This document shows, piece after piece, positions 17,343-25,678 of a stretch of DNA of 35,593 bases. The notes beneath the pieces are model-generated. The model was not told the DNA's origin and searched no databases. It saw nothing but the letters and a program-made list of their open reading frames with translations. The stretch is from a virus. Taxonomy: Duplodnaviria > Heunggongvirae > Uroviricota > Caudoviricetes. The first letter of the stretch is position 1, and each line of letters opens with the position of its first letter. Where the stretch lies: the IMG/VR virus record IMGVR_UViG_2703718859_000026; one strand, given 5' to 3'. The translations under genes were made by a program, and so were the position numbers.

Positions 17343-17583
17343 GTATCCGTTCAACAGGAATGTTACATACCTCACAATTAAGTCTGTTGAATGTTGTCTG
17401 CCCGGATGAGAATTTGTTAGAAAAAAACTGCATGGTGAATCCCCCTGTGCGGAGGGGCGACTGGTGAATGGTATGATCTCTTTGATGATCGTAAGCGAGA
17501 ATACGCGGGTTTGGTGGCACCAGGCCGAACTCACCGGGAGGCACCCGGCACCATGCAGTATACAGAGATTAGGCATATATCAG

Positions 17584-17608
17584 GGCCCCTCATAGCAGGG
17601 GCCTTTTT
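17584..17608 (+). terminator. Rho-independent terminator
   Basis: Stem GGCCCCT/AGGGGCC, 6-nt loop, T5 tail. Confidence 0.6.
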
Positions 17609-17825
17609 ACATGCAAAAAAAAGCCGCCCCGGGAAGAGCGGTTGGCAAGAAGAAAAGCAATATGAACAATTAATTAACGCTGCGAATAATACCTTACAGT
17701 AATCACCCTGCGCAACTGTGAGGAGTGTATTTCTTTTTTGCGGGTGGTTGTCTTTTTCCCTTGTGTTTCGGGACTTCCGCTCACTCCTTATCTTATTCAG
17801 TACATTATCCCGGCCGGGAGGATTC

Positions 17826-19865
17826 ATGGCATTTAAACACTATGACGTGGTCAGGGCGGCGTCGCCGTCAGACCTTGCGGAACGAATAACTCAAAAACTG
17901 AAGGAAGGGTGGCAGCCTTATGGTAGTGCGCTGATTTCGACAGCTGGTTATGGTGCGGAGTTCATCCAGCCAGTTGTGAGTGAGGGGAGCATCTCATCAC
18001 CAGAGGAGCCAGGCAACCGTCCGACGACCTCAGCGCCTTCTGTTGCGCCAGAATATTACTATGTGATCGCGCTTGCTGGTCAGTCCAATGGTATGTCATA
18101 CGGTGAGGGACTGCCATTACCGGATACATTCGACAGCCCTGATCCACGTATTAAACAGTTAGCGCGTCGCAGTACGGTGACACCGGGCGGCGCTGCATGT
18201 ACCTATAACGATATTATTCCGGCAGATCACTGTCTCCATGATGTACAGGATATGAGCAGCCTTCATCATCCGAACGCCGATCTGTCAAAAGGTCAGTATG
18301 GCTGCGTCGGACAGGGTTTACATATCGCCAAAAAATTACTGGCGTTTATCCCGAAAAATGCCGGAATCCTTCTGGTACCTTGCTGTCGTGGAGGGTCAGC
18401 ATTTACTTCCGGCGCTGAGGGGGCATTCAGTGAATCGTCAGGAGCGACGGCCGAATCATCCCTGTGGGGTGTCGGCAAGCCGCTGTACAACGATCTGCTT
18501 ACCCGTACAAAAGCCGCGCTGGATAAAAACCCCAAAAACGTCCTGTTATCCGTGGTCTGGATGCTGGGAGAGTTTGATCTGAAGTCAGCAACATACGCAC
18601 AGCACCCGCAATTATTCCTGAACATGGTGAATCAGTTCCGCGCCGATCTCAGCGCATATTCTTCACAGTGCACCGGAGGCAATGCATCATTTGTTCCCTG
18701 GATTTGCGGCGATACCACCTATCTCTGGAAACAAAAATATACCTCTCAGTACCCGGTGGTTTACGGTGCATATCAGAACAAAGAAGCGCAAAAAATTTAT
18801 TTTGTGCCCCTGATGACCGATGAGAAAGGTACTAACACGCCAACAAACCTGCCTGCCGAAGATCCTGATCTGGCAGAAGCCGGTTATTACGGTGCTGCAT
18901 CCCGCAGTAATGGAAACTGGACCTCTTCAGATCGCGCCACGCATTTCAGTTCATGGGCCCGTCGCGGCATTGTTTCTGACCGTCTGGCAACGGCGATCCT
19001 GATGCATGCAGGGAAGACAGCCGCCTTCCTGAAAGGCACACCCGCACCGTTCAGCGTGGTCGTAGCGCCTCCCGCCACGGCAGGTTCAGACAGCGCCACC
19101 ACGGAAAGCCCGCAGCCCTCCACATCTGCACCTCAGCCGGGCGCAGGCACACAGCCATCACCGGAAGTTCCACCGGCAACTGAAACACCGGCAAGAACAA
19201 CTGCCGTCGCTTATCGTGCAGATACACAGGAAGGGAAACTGAAAGAACAGGGCTGGACGGGGGCAGACGGAAAAGCCTCTGTCGTAGATGATTCTGCTGC
19301 TGAGAGCGGTAAAGCCATGCGAGTGGAAAAAGTCCAGGGGCAACAAACAGCCTGGAAAATTGCCCACGATGTGCCTGCAAGTAAAGCAGCTGAATTACTT
19401 CAGAGAGGCGGTGAAATTGCCTTCCGTTTCAAAATTCCCGAAGGTGTTCAGCTGGCAACAAACCGCTTCGCCATGGCCCTGTACTGGCCTGTTTCTCAGC
19501 TACCTGAAAACGTTGTTCTGGAAGGCAGCGCAGGAAACGATATGCTGGCCGCCTTCTTCATCCAGAGCGACAGCGCAAACCTGAATCTGATGCAGCACAA
19601 ACAACAGAATGCAAAACTGGGAACCTTCGGGGCATTTAATCATAACTGGCACAACGTGGTGTTCAGGTTTGCCGGCAATAACAGCATCAGCGTGACACCG
19701 GTCATCAACGGTCAGACCCAGGCGGCCTTTAATCTGGCGAAATGCCCGGCGGCAGGACTGGATAACGACAAGCTGTTACTCACTGACATTACCAGTAACC
19801 AGGATACCTACCCGGTTCTGATTGAGCACGTAACAGTGGCAATCAATAACAGCAACGCCGCATAA
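17826..19865 (+). CDS. nanS-p: Prophage-encoded 9-O-acetyl sialic acid esterase NanS-p (DUF1737 N-terminus plus SGNH/SASA hydrolase domain)
   Basis: MAFKHYDVVRAASPSDLAERITQKLKEGWQPYG N-terminus and GQSN motif (YYYVIALAGQSNGMSYGEG); GGGAGG Shine-Dalgarno before ATG 17826; track start 17718 is an upstream non-ATG extension. Confidence 0.8.
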   Translation: MAFKHYDVVRAASPSDLAERITQKLKEGWQPYGSALISTAGYGAEFIQPVVSEGSISSPEEPGNRPTTSAPSVAPEYYYVIALAGQSNGMSYGEGLPLPDTFDSPDPRIKQLARRSTVTPGGAACTYNDIIPADHCLHDVQDMSSLHHPNADLSKGQYGCVGQGLHIAKKLLAFIPKNAGILLVPCCRGGSAFTSGAEGAFSESSGATAESSLWGVGKPLYNDLLTRTKAALDKNPKNVLLSVVWMLGEFDLKSATYAQHPQLFLNMVNQFRADLSAYSSQCTGGNASFVPWICGDTTYLWKQKYTSQYPVVYGAYQNKEAQKIYFVPLMTDEKGTNTPTNLPAEDPDLAEAGYYGAASRSNGNWTSSDRATHFSSWARRGIVSDRLATAILMHAGKTAAFLKGTPAPFSVVVAPPATAGSDSATTESPQPSTSAPQPGAGTQPSPEVPPATETPARTTAVAYRADTQEGKLKEQGWTGADGKASVVDDSAAESGKAMRVEKVQGQQTAWKIAHDVPASKAAELLQRGGEIAFRFKIPEGVQLATNRFAMALYWPVSQLPENVVLEGSAGNDMLAAFFIQSDSANLNLMQHKQQNAKLGTFGAFNHNWHNVVFRFAGNNSISVTPVINGQTQAAFNLAKCPAAGLDNDKLLLTDITSNQDTYPVLIEHVTVAINNSNAA

Positions 19866-20010
19866 GAAAAAAGAGGCTCCCGGCAGGCAAGACTGAGAGG
19901 AATAGATACCAGCCGGGAGCGTAAGAGGAATTATGGAGAGTGTTTATTATTGTTATTCATTTTTTTAAAACGCCAGACATCGTTATGTCAATCATTTGTG
20001 TGAGGTGATT

Positions 20011-20193
20011 ATGTCATTCATTCATCAAATCATGCTGTATTTCTGTACGGCGGTCTGTGTGCTGTATCTTCTTTCGGGTGGGTACAGGGCTGTGCGCGAT
20101 TTCTGGTGCAGGCAGATTGATAAAAGGGCCGCTGAGAAAATCAGCGCCAGTCAGTCAGCCGGAAGCAAACCCGAAGAGCCCGTTACTCCTTAA
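20011..20193 (+). CDS. Hypothetical small membrane protein
   Basis: About 60 aa from ATG MSFIHQ; one hydrophobic segment; low confidence. Confidence 0.3.
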   Translation: MSFIHQIMLYFCTAVCVLYLLSGGYRAVRDFWCRQIDKRAAEKISASQSAGSKPEEPVTP

Positions 20194-20218
20194 CAACCCC
20201 TTTCAGCGAGAAAATCCC

Positions 20219-20491
20219 ATGTCAGAAATCACATCCCTGGTCACTGCAGAGGCAGTGAAGGAAGTCCTGCGCTCTGAAGAAGTCCGGAGCGCACTGAAAC
20301 AGAAACTCCGCCAGAATCTTGAGGCGCGTCTTGATGCAGAAGTTGATGCCATTCTGGATGAGCTGCTTGGTGTACAGGCAGAGCCACCGACTGAAGCGGG
20401 AGATACCACCGCAGAGAGCGGTGAAGTTCAGCCTGAATCACCGGTCGCCGATGCGACTGAACCTCAACCCGAATCGGTCATGATGTTGTAA
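20219..20491 (+). CDS. Hypothetical acidic protein
   Basis: 90 aa from ATG MSEITSL; amphipathic N-terminus, acidic Pro/Glu-rich tail. Confidence 0.45.
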   Translation: MSEITSLVTAEAVKEVLRSEEVRSALKQKLRQNLEARLDAEVDAILDELLGVQAEPPTEAGDTTAESGEVQPESPVADATEPQPESVMML

Positions 20492-20567
20492 CGGGGAGTC
20501 AGGGCCATCAGTAAACAGCTGCTGGCCTTTTTCATGTTGTGAGCTTCCGGATTGCGGGAGACGGGGT

Positions 20568-20783
20568 ATGTACCAGATGGAAAAAATCACAACAGGTGTG
20601 TCATACACCACGTCAGCGGTGGGAACGGGCTACTGGTTCCTGCAGTTGCTGGACAGGGTTTCCCCGTCTCAGTGGGCGGCAATAGGCGTGCTGGGGAGTC
20701 TGCTGTTTGGTCTGCTGACGTACCTGACGAACCTGTATTTCAAAATCAGAGAGGACAGGCGTAAGGCGGCACGGGGAGAGTAA
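20568..20783 (+). CDS. S: Holin S (Stx-phage type) with dual-start motif
   Basis: 71 aa, M1-Y-Q-M4-E-K dual start, two transmembrane segments, charged C-terminus; matches remembered 933W-family S. Confidence 0.85.
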   Translation: MYQMEKITTGVSYTTSAVGTGYWFLQLLDRVSPSQWAAIGVLGSLLFGLLTYLTNLYFKIREDRRKAARGE

Positions 20784-20787
20784 GCTG

Positions 20788-21321
20788 ATGAGCAGGAAAC
20801 TCCGCTATGGTTTATCGGCTGCCGTTCTGGCGCTGATTGCCGCAGGTGCTTCTGCGCCTGAAATCCTCGACCAGTTTCTGGATGAAAAGGAAGGTAACCA
20901 CACCACGGCATACCGTGATGGTGCGGGTATCTGGACCATCTGCCGTGGAGCCACCCGGGTGGATGGTAAGCCTGTGATTCCTGGCATGAAGCTGTCGAAG
21001 GAAAAATGCGACCATGTTAACGCCATTGAACGTGATAAGGCGCTGGCATGGGTGGAGAAAAACATCAGAGTGCCGCTGACCGACCCCCAGAAAGCGGGGA
21101 TAGCGTCATTCTGTCCGTATAACATTGGCCCCGGTAAGTGTTTCCCGTCGACGTTTTATAAACGAATTAATGCAGGTGATCGAAAAGGTGCCTGCGAAGC
21201 GATTCGCTGGTGGATTAAGGACGGTGGCAGAGACTGCCGTATCCGCTCAAATAATTGCTACGGTCAGGTATCCCGGCGAGATCAGGAAAGTGCGCTGGCG
21301 TGCTGGGGAATTGACAGATAA
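20788..21321 (+). CDS. R: Endolysin R (lysozyme, signal-anchor-release type)
   Basis: 177 aa; N-terminal hydrophobic SAR-like segment (LSAAVLALIAAGASAPEIL); GH24-like core (GNHTTAYRDGAGIWTICRG). Confidence 0.88.
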   Translation: MSRKLRYGLSAAVLALIAAGASAPEILDQFLDEKEGNHTTAYRDGAGIWTICRGATRVDGKPVIPGMKLSKEKCDHVNAIERDKALAWVEKNIRVPLTDPQKAGIASFCPYNIGPGKCFPSTFYKRINAGDRKGACEAIRWWIKDGGRDCRIRSNNCYGQVSRRDQESALACWGIDR

Positions 21322-21410
21322 GCAGAATATTTTGCTGAAAAATGACATTGGCCAACGCGGGCGGATAACACGAAATCCTGCGAACTGGCAAAACCTAAGT
21401 GAATAAAAGT

Positions 21411-21450
21411 AAAAACCCCGGTTGTTGGCAGCAAGCGGGGTTTGGTGTTT
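21411..21450 (+). terminator. Terminator-like hairpin between R and Rz
   Basis: Stem ACCCCG/CGGGGT with about 15-nt loop followed by U-rich TTGGTGTTTTCT. Confidence 0.4.
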
Positions 21451-21649
21451 TCTGACCTTGAATAAGGCAAGGGAGAAATTATGGGTAGGGAGGTACTTTC
21501 CCTGTGAGGAAGTATAAAAGATTCTTTCTGAGGTTGTCCATTATGAAAGGCATTGAAGTGGAGAGCCAGTCTGGATTTAACAAGAGCGGCAGCTTTTGCC
21601 ATTCGTATTGTGGCCATTGCTGTTCTGGTCTGGGCAATCCGTTGGTGGT

Positions 21650-22120
21650 GATATGAACCGTGTTCTGTGCGTGGTCATCATTGTCCTGCTGGTGGCCTGT
21701 GGTGCGCTTAGTCTGGGGCTGAATCATTACCGTGTTCACGCCATCATCTACAAAGAGCAGCGCGATAAAAAAGCCAGTGAGCTGGAGCTGGCGAACGCGA
21801 CAATTACTGATATGCAGATACGCCAGCGTGATGTCGCTGCACTTGATGCCAGATACTCGAGGGAATTAGCCGATGCGAGAGCTGAAAATGAAACTCTGCG
21901 TGCTGATGTTGCCGCTGGTCGTAAGCGCCTGCGGATCAACGCCACCTGCTCCGGTACCGTGCGTGAAGCCACCGGCACCTCCGGCGTGGATAATGCAACC
22001 AGGCCCCGACTGGCAGACACCGCTGAACGGGATTATTTCATCCTCAGAGAACGGTTGATGACAATGCAGAAGCAGCTGGAAGGGGCACAGGAATATATCC
22101 GCACTCAGTGCCTGAATTAA
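21650..22120 (+). CDS. Rz: Spanin inner-membrane subunit Rz
   Basis: N-terminal TM segment, then coiled-coil region closely matching lambda Rz (DMQIRQRDVAALDARYSRELADARAENE ... RDYFILRERLMTMQKQLEG). Confidence 0.85.
   Translation, partial: DMNRVLCVVIIVLLVACGALSLGLNHYRVHAIIYKEQRDKKASELELANATITDMQIRQRDVAALDARYSRELADARAENETLRADVAAGRKRLRINATCSGTVREATGTSGVDNATRPRLADTAERDYFILRERLMTMQKQLEGAQEYIRTQCLN
21888..22058 (+). CDS. Rz1: Spanin outer-membrane lipoprotein Rz1, embedded in Rz in a different frame
   Basis: MKLCVLMLPLVVSAC lipobox followed by a Pro-rich peptide, entirely inside Rz. Confidence 0.7.
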   Translation: MKLCVLMLPLVVSACGSTPPAPVPCVKPPAPPAWIMQPGPDWQTPLNGIISSSENG

Positions 22121-22123
22121 CAG

Positions 22124-22148
22124 AGCCAGCTTAATCGCTGGCTTTTTC
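22124..22148 (+). terminator. Rho-independent terminator after the lysis cassette
   Basis: Stem AGCCAGC/GCTGGCT, 6-nt loop, T5 tail directly after Rz stop. Confidence 0.55.
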
Positions 22149-22296
22149 ATATCTGAATTTCATCGCGCATCTCACGCGCATATCACATCCCCGAGCCTTT
22201 CAGAAAGTTGAGCCTGAGAACTGTCGTATATGGTGGCGACCATCTCGGGGCGGCTTTTCTGTGAGACAGGCTCAATTTTCTGAAAGGTAAGACGCT

Positions 22297-22887
22297 ATGA
22301 ACTATCCGACGATTGTTAACGGTATTGATTTCCGCGATCTTGTTTTTGTGACAGGCAACGAGCCGGTGACGGATACCCGAAAGGTTGCCGTAGCATTTGG
22401 CAAAGAACACAAAGATGTATTGCGGAAAACAAGAGCCGTTGTTCAACAATGCTCAAAAGAATTTGCAGAGCGCAATTTTGCGCTTTGCTATGAAAACAAT
22501 GAGTTACAGAACGGTAAACCCCAGCCCATATATCGAATGACAAAAGACGGTTGGACGATGTTGGTATTTGGTTTTACGGGGAAAGCTGCTATGACCTTTA
22601 AGGAAGCGTACATTCAGGCTTTCAACTGGATGGCTGAGCTTATTCAGCAAGGTCTGGCGAATCTGGAGGCGGAGCGCAACGCTGTAATGCTGGAGTACAT
22701 GAAAGAGAAAGATGTCGCCAGTATGTCAGGTCGTTTGCTCAATCGCTGGGGCAGGGTGAAGAAGCCTCAGTTGCTGGCAAGGCTGGACAGGCTGGAGCAG
22801 CAGGGGCAGATTGGTTACCCGGATTTGATAAAGGCATTTCAGCCTGACATAGCCATGCGCCGTATCGTCGCCGTATTCCCGCATTAA
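22297..22887 (+). CDS. rha: Rha-family phage regulatory protein
   Basis: N-terminal LVFVTGNEPVTDTRKVAVAFGKEHKDVLRK is the Rha signature as recalled. Confidence 0.8.
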   Translation: MNYPTIVNGIDFRDLVFVTGNEPVTDTRKVAVAFGKEHKDVLRKTRAVVQQCSKEFAERNFALCYENNELQNGKPQPIYRMTKDGWTMLVFGFTGKAAMTFKEAYIQAFNWMAELIQQGLANLEAERNAVMLEYMKEKDVASMSGRLLNRWGRVKKPQLLARLDRLEQQGQIGYPDLIKAFQPDIAMRRIVAVFPH

Positions 22888-23139
22888 CAGAGACCGCAGC
22901 CACCTTATCTGCGTGAGTGTGCGGGGATAATCAAAAACGATGCACACCGGGTTTTCTCATTTTTCACGAGATGGGAGCGATTTCCCGCGAAGCCGCCTGT
23001 CCGGTGCGGTGGTGGAAGAAACCGGATAAAACAACCGCATTGTGCAAATATCGATCAAATATGGTGCTGCTGTGTGAAATCTGAAAAATCACAGCGGTCA
23101 TTATGCATCAGTTTTTAACACAGGACGTCAGAACGTGAC

Positions 23140-23991
23140 ATGGCAAAGCTGGACTGGAAAAAGCTGGAGCAGGCATTCCGACGCGAACATGCCAGAACTG
23201 GCATAAAACTTCAGGACTGGTGTCGTAAGAACAATATCAGTTATGGCACGGCTCGCCGGTACATAAAATTGCGCAAAAACCCCCCCATAAATACAGAGGA
23301 AAGTGCGCAGAAAAATGCGCAAAAAAGTGCGCAAATTGATGATCAAAAAAGCGCACAAAAAAATGTGCAGGGATCCGATGACGAATCCAGTAATGACAAG
23401 GCTTACAGCGATGATGGCAGTGGTGAAAAATGCGCAAAAAACTGCGCAAATTCGGCAGAAACGAAACGCAACAGCAGATCGGGCAATCCTCACCCCGTTG
23501 CCCGGTTTAGCGACCGTAACACCCACGCCGTAAGACACCGTGGATATGCGAAGTATCTTGAGGCAGATAACCTCATGGATGATGCGTCCGACATGGTGCT
23601 GTTCGATGAACTGGTGTTCACCCGAGCCCGCGCACTTTCAGTAACTAAGGCACTTAAAGGGATGTTCGCCGACCTGGAAGAGGCAACTGACGTGGAAACC
23701 CGCGTTGCTCTTTACGACAAAATACTCAAAGCTGAACAGGCCCTTGACCGGAATATTGCCCGTATCGAGTCAATTGAACGCTCATTGCTGACGCTGGATG
23801 TCCTGGCTGAGACAGCACCAAAACTTCGTGCTGACCGGGAAAGAATCAACGCCGCCAGAGATAAACTCAGAGCGGAAACCGATATTCTGACCAGCCAGCG
23901 CCGGGGTGTTATTACGCCAGTCAGTGACATCGTGTCATCGCTGCATGAAATGAGTAATTCGGGGAGACTGGATGACATTCCGGAAGAATAA
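23140..23991 (+). CDS. Terminase small subunit (putative)
   Basis: N-terminal HTH-like segment (KLQDWCRKNNISYGTARRYIKL), low-complexity AQK repeats, coiled-coil C-terminus; immediately upstream of and overlapping terL. Confidence 0.55.
   Translation: MAKLDWKKLEQAFRREHARTGIKLQDWCRKNNISYGTARRYIKLRKNPPINTEESAQKNAQKSAQIDDQKSAQKNVQGSDDESSNDKAYSDDGSGEKCAKNCANSAETKRNSRSGNPHPVARFSDRNTHAVRHRGYAKYLEADNLMDDASDMVLFDELVFTRARALSVTKALKGMFADLEEATDVETRVALYDKILKAEQALDRNIARIESIERSLLTLDVLAETAPKLRADRERINAARDKLRAETDILTSQRRGVITPVSDIVSSLHEMSNSGRLDDIPEE
23304..23448 (+). repeat. Phased 12-bp repeats containing TGCGCA inside the putative terS gene
   Basis: TGCGCA at about 23304, 23316, 23328, 23431, 23443 with variants GCGCAC/TGTGCA at about 23351-23370; encodes (S/N)AQK peptide repeats. 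Confidence 0.6.
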
Positions 23992-25678
23992 AACGCGATG
24001 TGATGAACCTGCAGAAATGACTGAGACCGAACAACGTCTGTTCATTATGACAAAACTGAGCAATCCCTGGTGGCGCCTCAATCATCTCTACAAAATACAG
24101 AACGAAAAAGGTGAACTGGTCACCTTCAGAATGCGACCGGCGCAACGTCAGTTGTTTCGTAACATGCATAATAAAAACATTATCCTGAAAGCGCGCCAGC
24201 TGGGATTTTCCACAGCCATTGATATTTATCTTCTCGACCAGGCATTATTCATTCCGCATCTCAAATGCGGGATCGTCGCTCAGGATAAACAGGCTGCCAG
24301 TGAAATTTTCCGCACAAAAATTGCTGTACCGTTTGATCATCTCCCTGACTGGCTGAGAGCCTCATTCACCATCGTTGAACGTCGTAGCGGTGCCAGCGGT
24401 GGCTATATCCTGTTTGGTCACGGCTCGAGTATTCAGGTGGCAACCTCATTTCGCTCAGGTACGGTGCAGCGCCTGCATATCTCAGAGCACGGCAAAATTT
24501 GCGCGAAATATCCGGCTAAGGCGAAAGAGCTGCGAACCGGTACGCTTAATGCCGTCTCTGATGAATGCATTATTTTTGATGAATCCACGGCTGAAGGCGT
24601 GGGTGGTGATTTTTACGAGATGAGTAACCGTGCACAGGAGAGCACTGCATCAGGCTTATTGCTGACGGCACAGGATTATAAATTCCATTTTTACGCATGG
24701 TGGCAGGATCCTAAATACAGCGCCAGAGTGCCTGAAAGCGGGCTGAAGCTGTCACGGGAAAAAATGACGTATTTTTCTGCGGTTGAGAAGGCAATGAACA
24801 TCACGCTTACCGATGAGCAGAAGCAGTGGTACATCAGTAAGGAAACTGAACAGCGTGAGGAAATGAAGCAGGAGTTTCCCTCAACGCCACAGGAGGCGTT
24901 TCTGACGTCCGGACGACGTGTGTTCAGTGCCGAAAGTACATTGCAGGCAGAATCATTCTGTTCGCCACCGATGATTGTTTATGACATTGAACCTGTTACA
25001 GGAGCGAAGACTAAAGCTCAGTCTCTGCGTGAAGGAAATAAAAACGAGTTGCAGCGGACGCTGATGAATTATCTGCTGGTATGGGAACTGCCGGATCCGG
25101 ATGAAGAGTATGTTTGTGGGGCAGATACTGCCGAAGGGCTGGAGCACGGAGACCGCTCATCGCTGGATGTTGTCAAACGCAGTAATGGCGAGCAGGTGGC
25201 TCACTGGTTCGGGCATCTCGATGCTGAACTTTTTGCTCATCTCATTTCGCAGGTCTGTCGTATGTATAACAACGCGTTTGTGGGGCCGGAGCGTAATAAT
25301 CACGGACATGCAGTTATCCTGAAACTCCGGGAACTCTATCCGACACGTTATATCTACAACGAACAGCATCTTGACCAGGCATATGACGACGATACGCCCC
25401 GCCTTGGCTGGCTGACAACCCGTCAGAGCAAACCTGTTCTGACCGAAGGAATGAAAACGCTCCTGAATAATGGAATATCAGGGATCCGCTGGTCAGGCAC
25501 ATTATCGGAAATGAACACCTACGTTTATGACGCGAAAGGCTCCATGAATGCACAGGAAGGCTGCTTTGATGATCAGCTCATGAGCTACATGATTGCCCAG
25601 GAGATGCGCGCCAGAATGCCGGTGAGGGTAAAACAGAAAACGGATAAACGCAGAACCACACACTGGATGGCACACTGA
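23972..25678 (+). CDS. Terminase large subunit
   Basis: 568 aa; position before portal; Walker-like ATPase region and acidic nuclease-type C-terminus; overlaps terS by 20 nt. Confidence 0.8.
   Translation: MTFRKNKTRCDEPAEMTETEQRLFIMTKLSNPWWRLNHLYKIQNEKGELVTFRMRPAQRQLFRNMHNKNIILKARQLGFSTAIDIYLLDQALFIPHLKCGIVAQDKQAASEIFRTKIAVPFDHLPDWLRASFTIVERRSGASGGYILFGHGSSIQVATSFRSGTVQRLHISEHGKICAKYPAKAKELRTGTLNAVSDECIIFDESTAEGVGGDFYEMSNRAQESTASGLLLTAQDYKFHFYAWWQDPKYSARVPESGLKLSREKMTYFSAVEKAMNITLTDEQKQWYISKETEQREEMKQEFPSTPQEAFLTSGRRVFSAESTLQAESFCSPPMIVYDIEPVTGAKTKAQSLREGNKNELQRTLMNYLLVWELPDPDEEYVCGADTAEGLEHGDRSSLDVVKRSNGEQVAHWFGHLDAELFAHLISQVCRMYNNAFVGPERNNHGHAVILKLRELYPTRYIYNEQHLDQAYDDDTPRLGWLTTRQSKPVLTEGMKTLLNNGISGIRWSGTLSEMNTYVYDAKGSMNAQEGCFDDQLMSYMIAQEMRARMPVRVKQKTDKRRTTHWMAH

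Noticed and set aside
17718-17825. Upstream extension of the nanS-p ORF from the track start
   Set aside because: Extension is hydrophobic nonsense running through the terminator region; ATG at 17826 has a strong GGGAGG ribosome-binding site and gives the conserved MAFKHYD N-terminus.
13281-17825. Search for stxA/stxB and for tRNA genes downstream of Q
   Set aside because: No ORF of the right size or sequence for Shiga toxin subunits, and no tRNA-like T-arm/acceptor pattern recognised by eye; a tRNAscan run would be needed to be certain about tRNAs.
21125-21406. 93-aa plus-strand ORF
   Set aside because: Mostly overlaps the endolysin gene in another frame.
23128-23538. 136-aa minus-strand ORF
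   Set aside because: Antisense to the putative terS gene across its low-complexity repeat; composition not protein-like.
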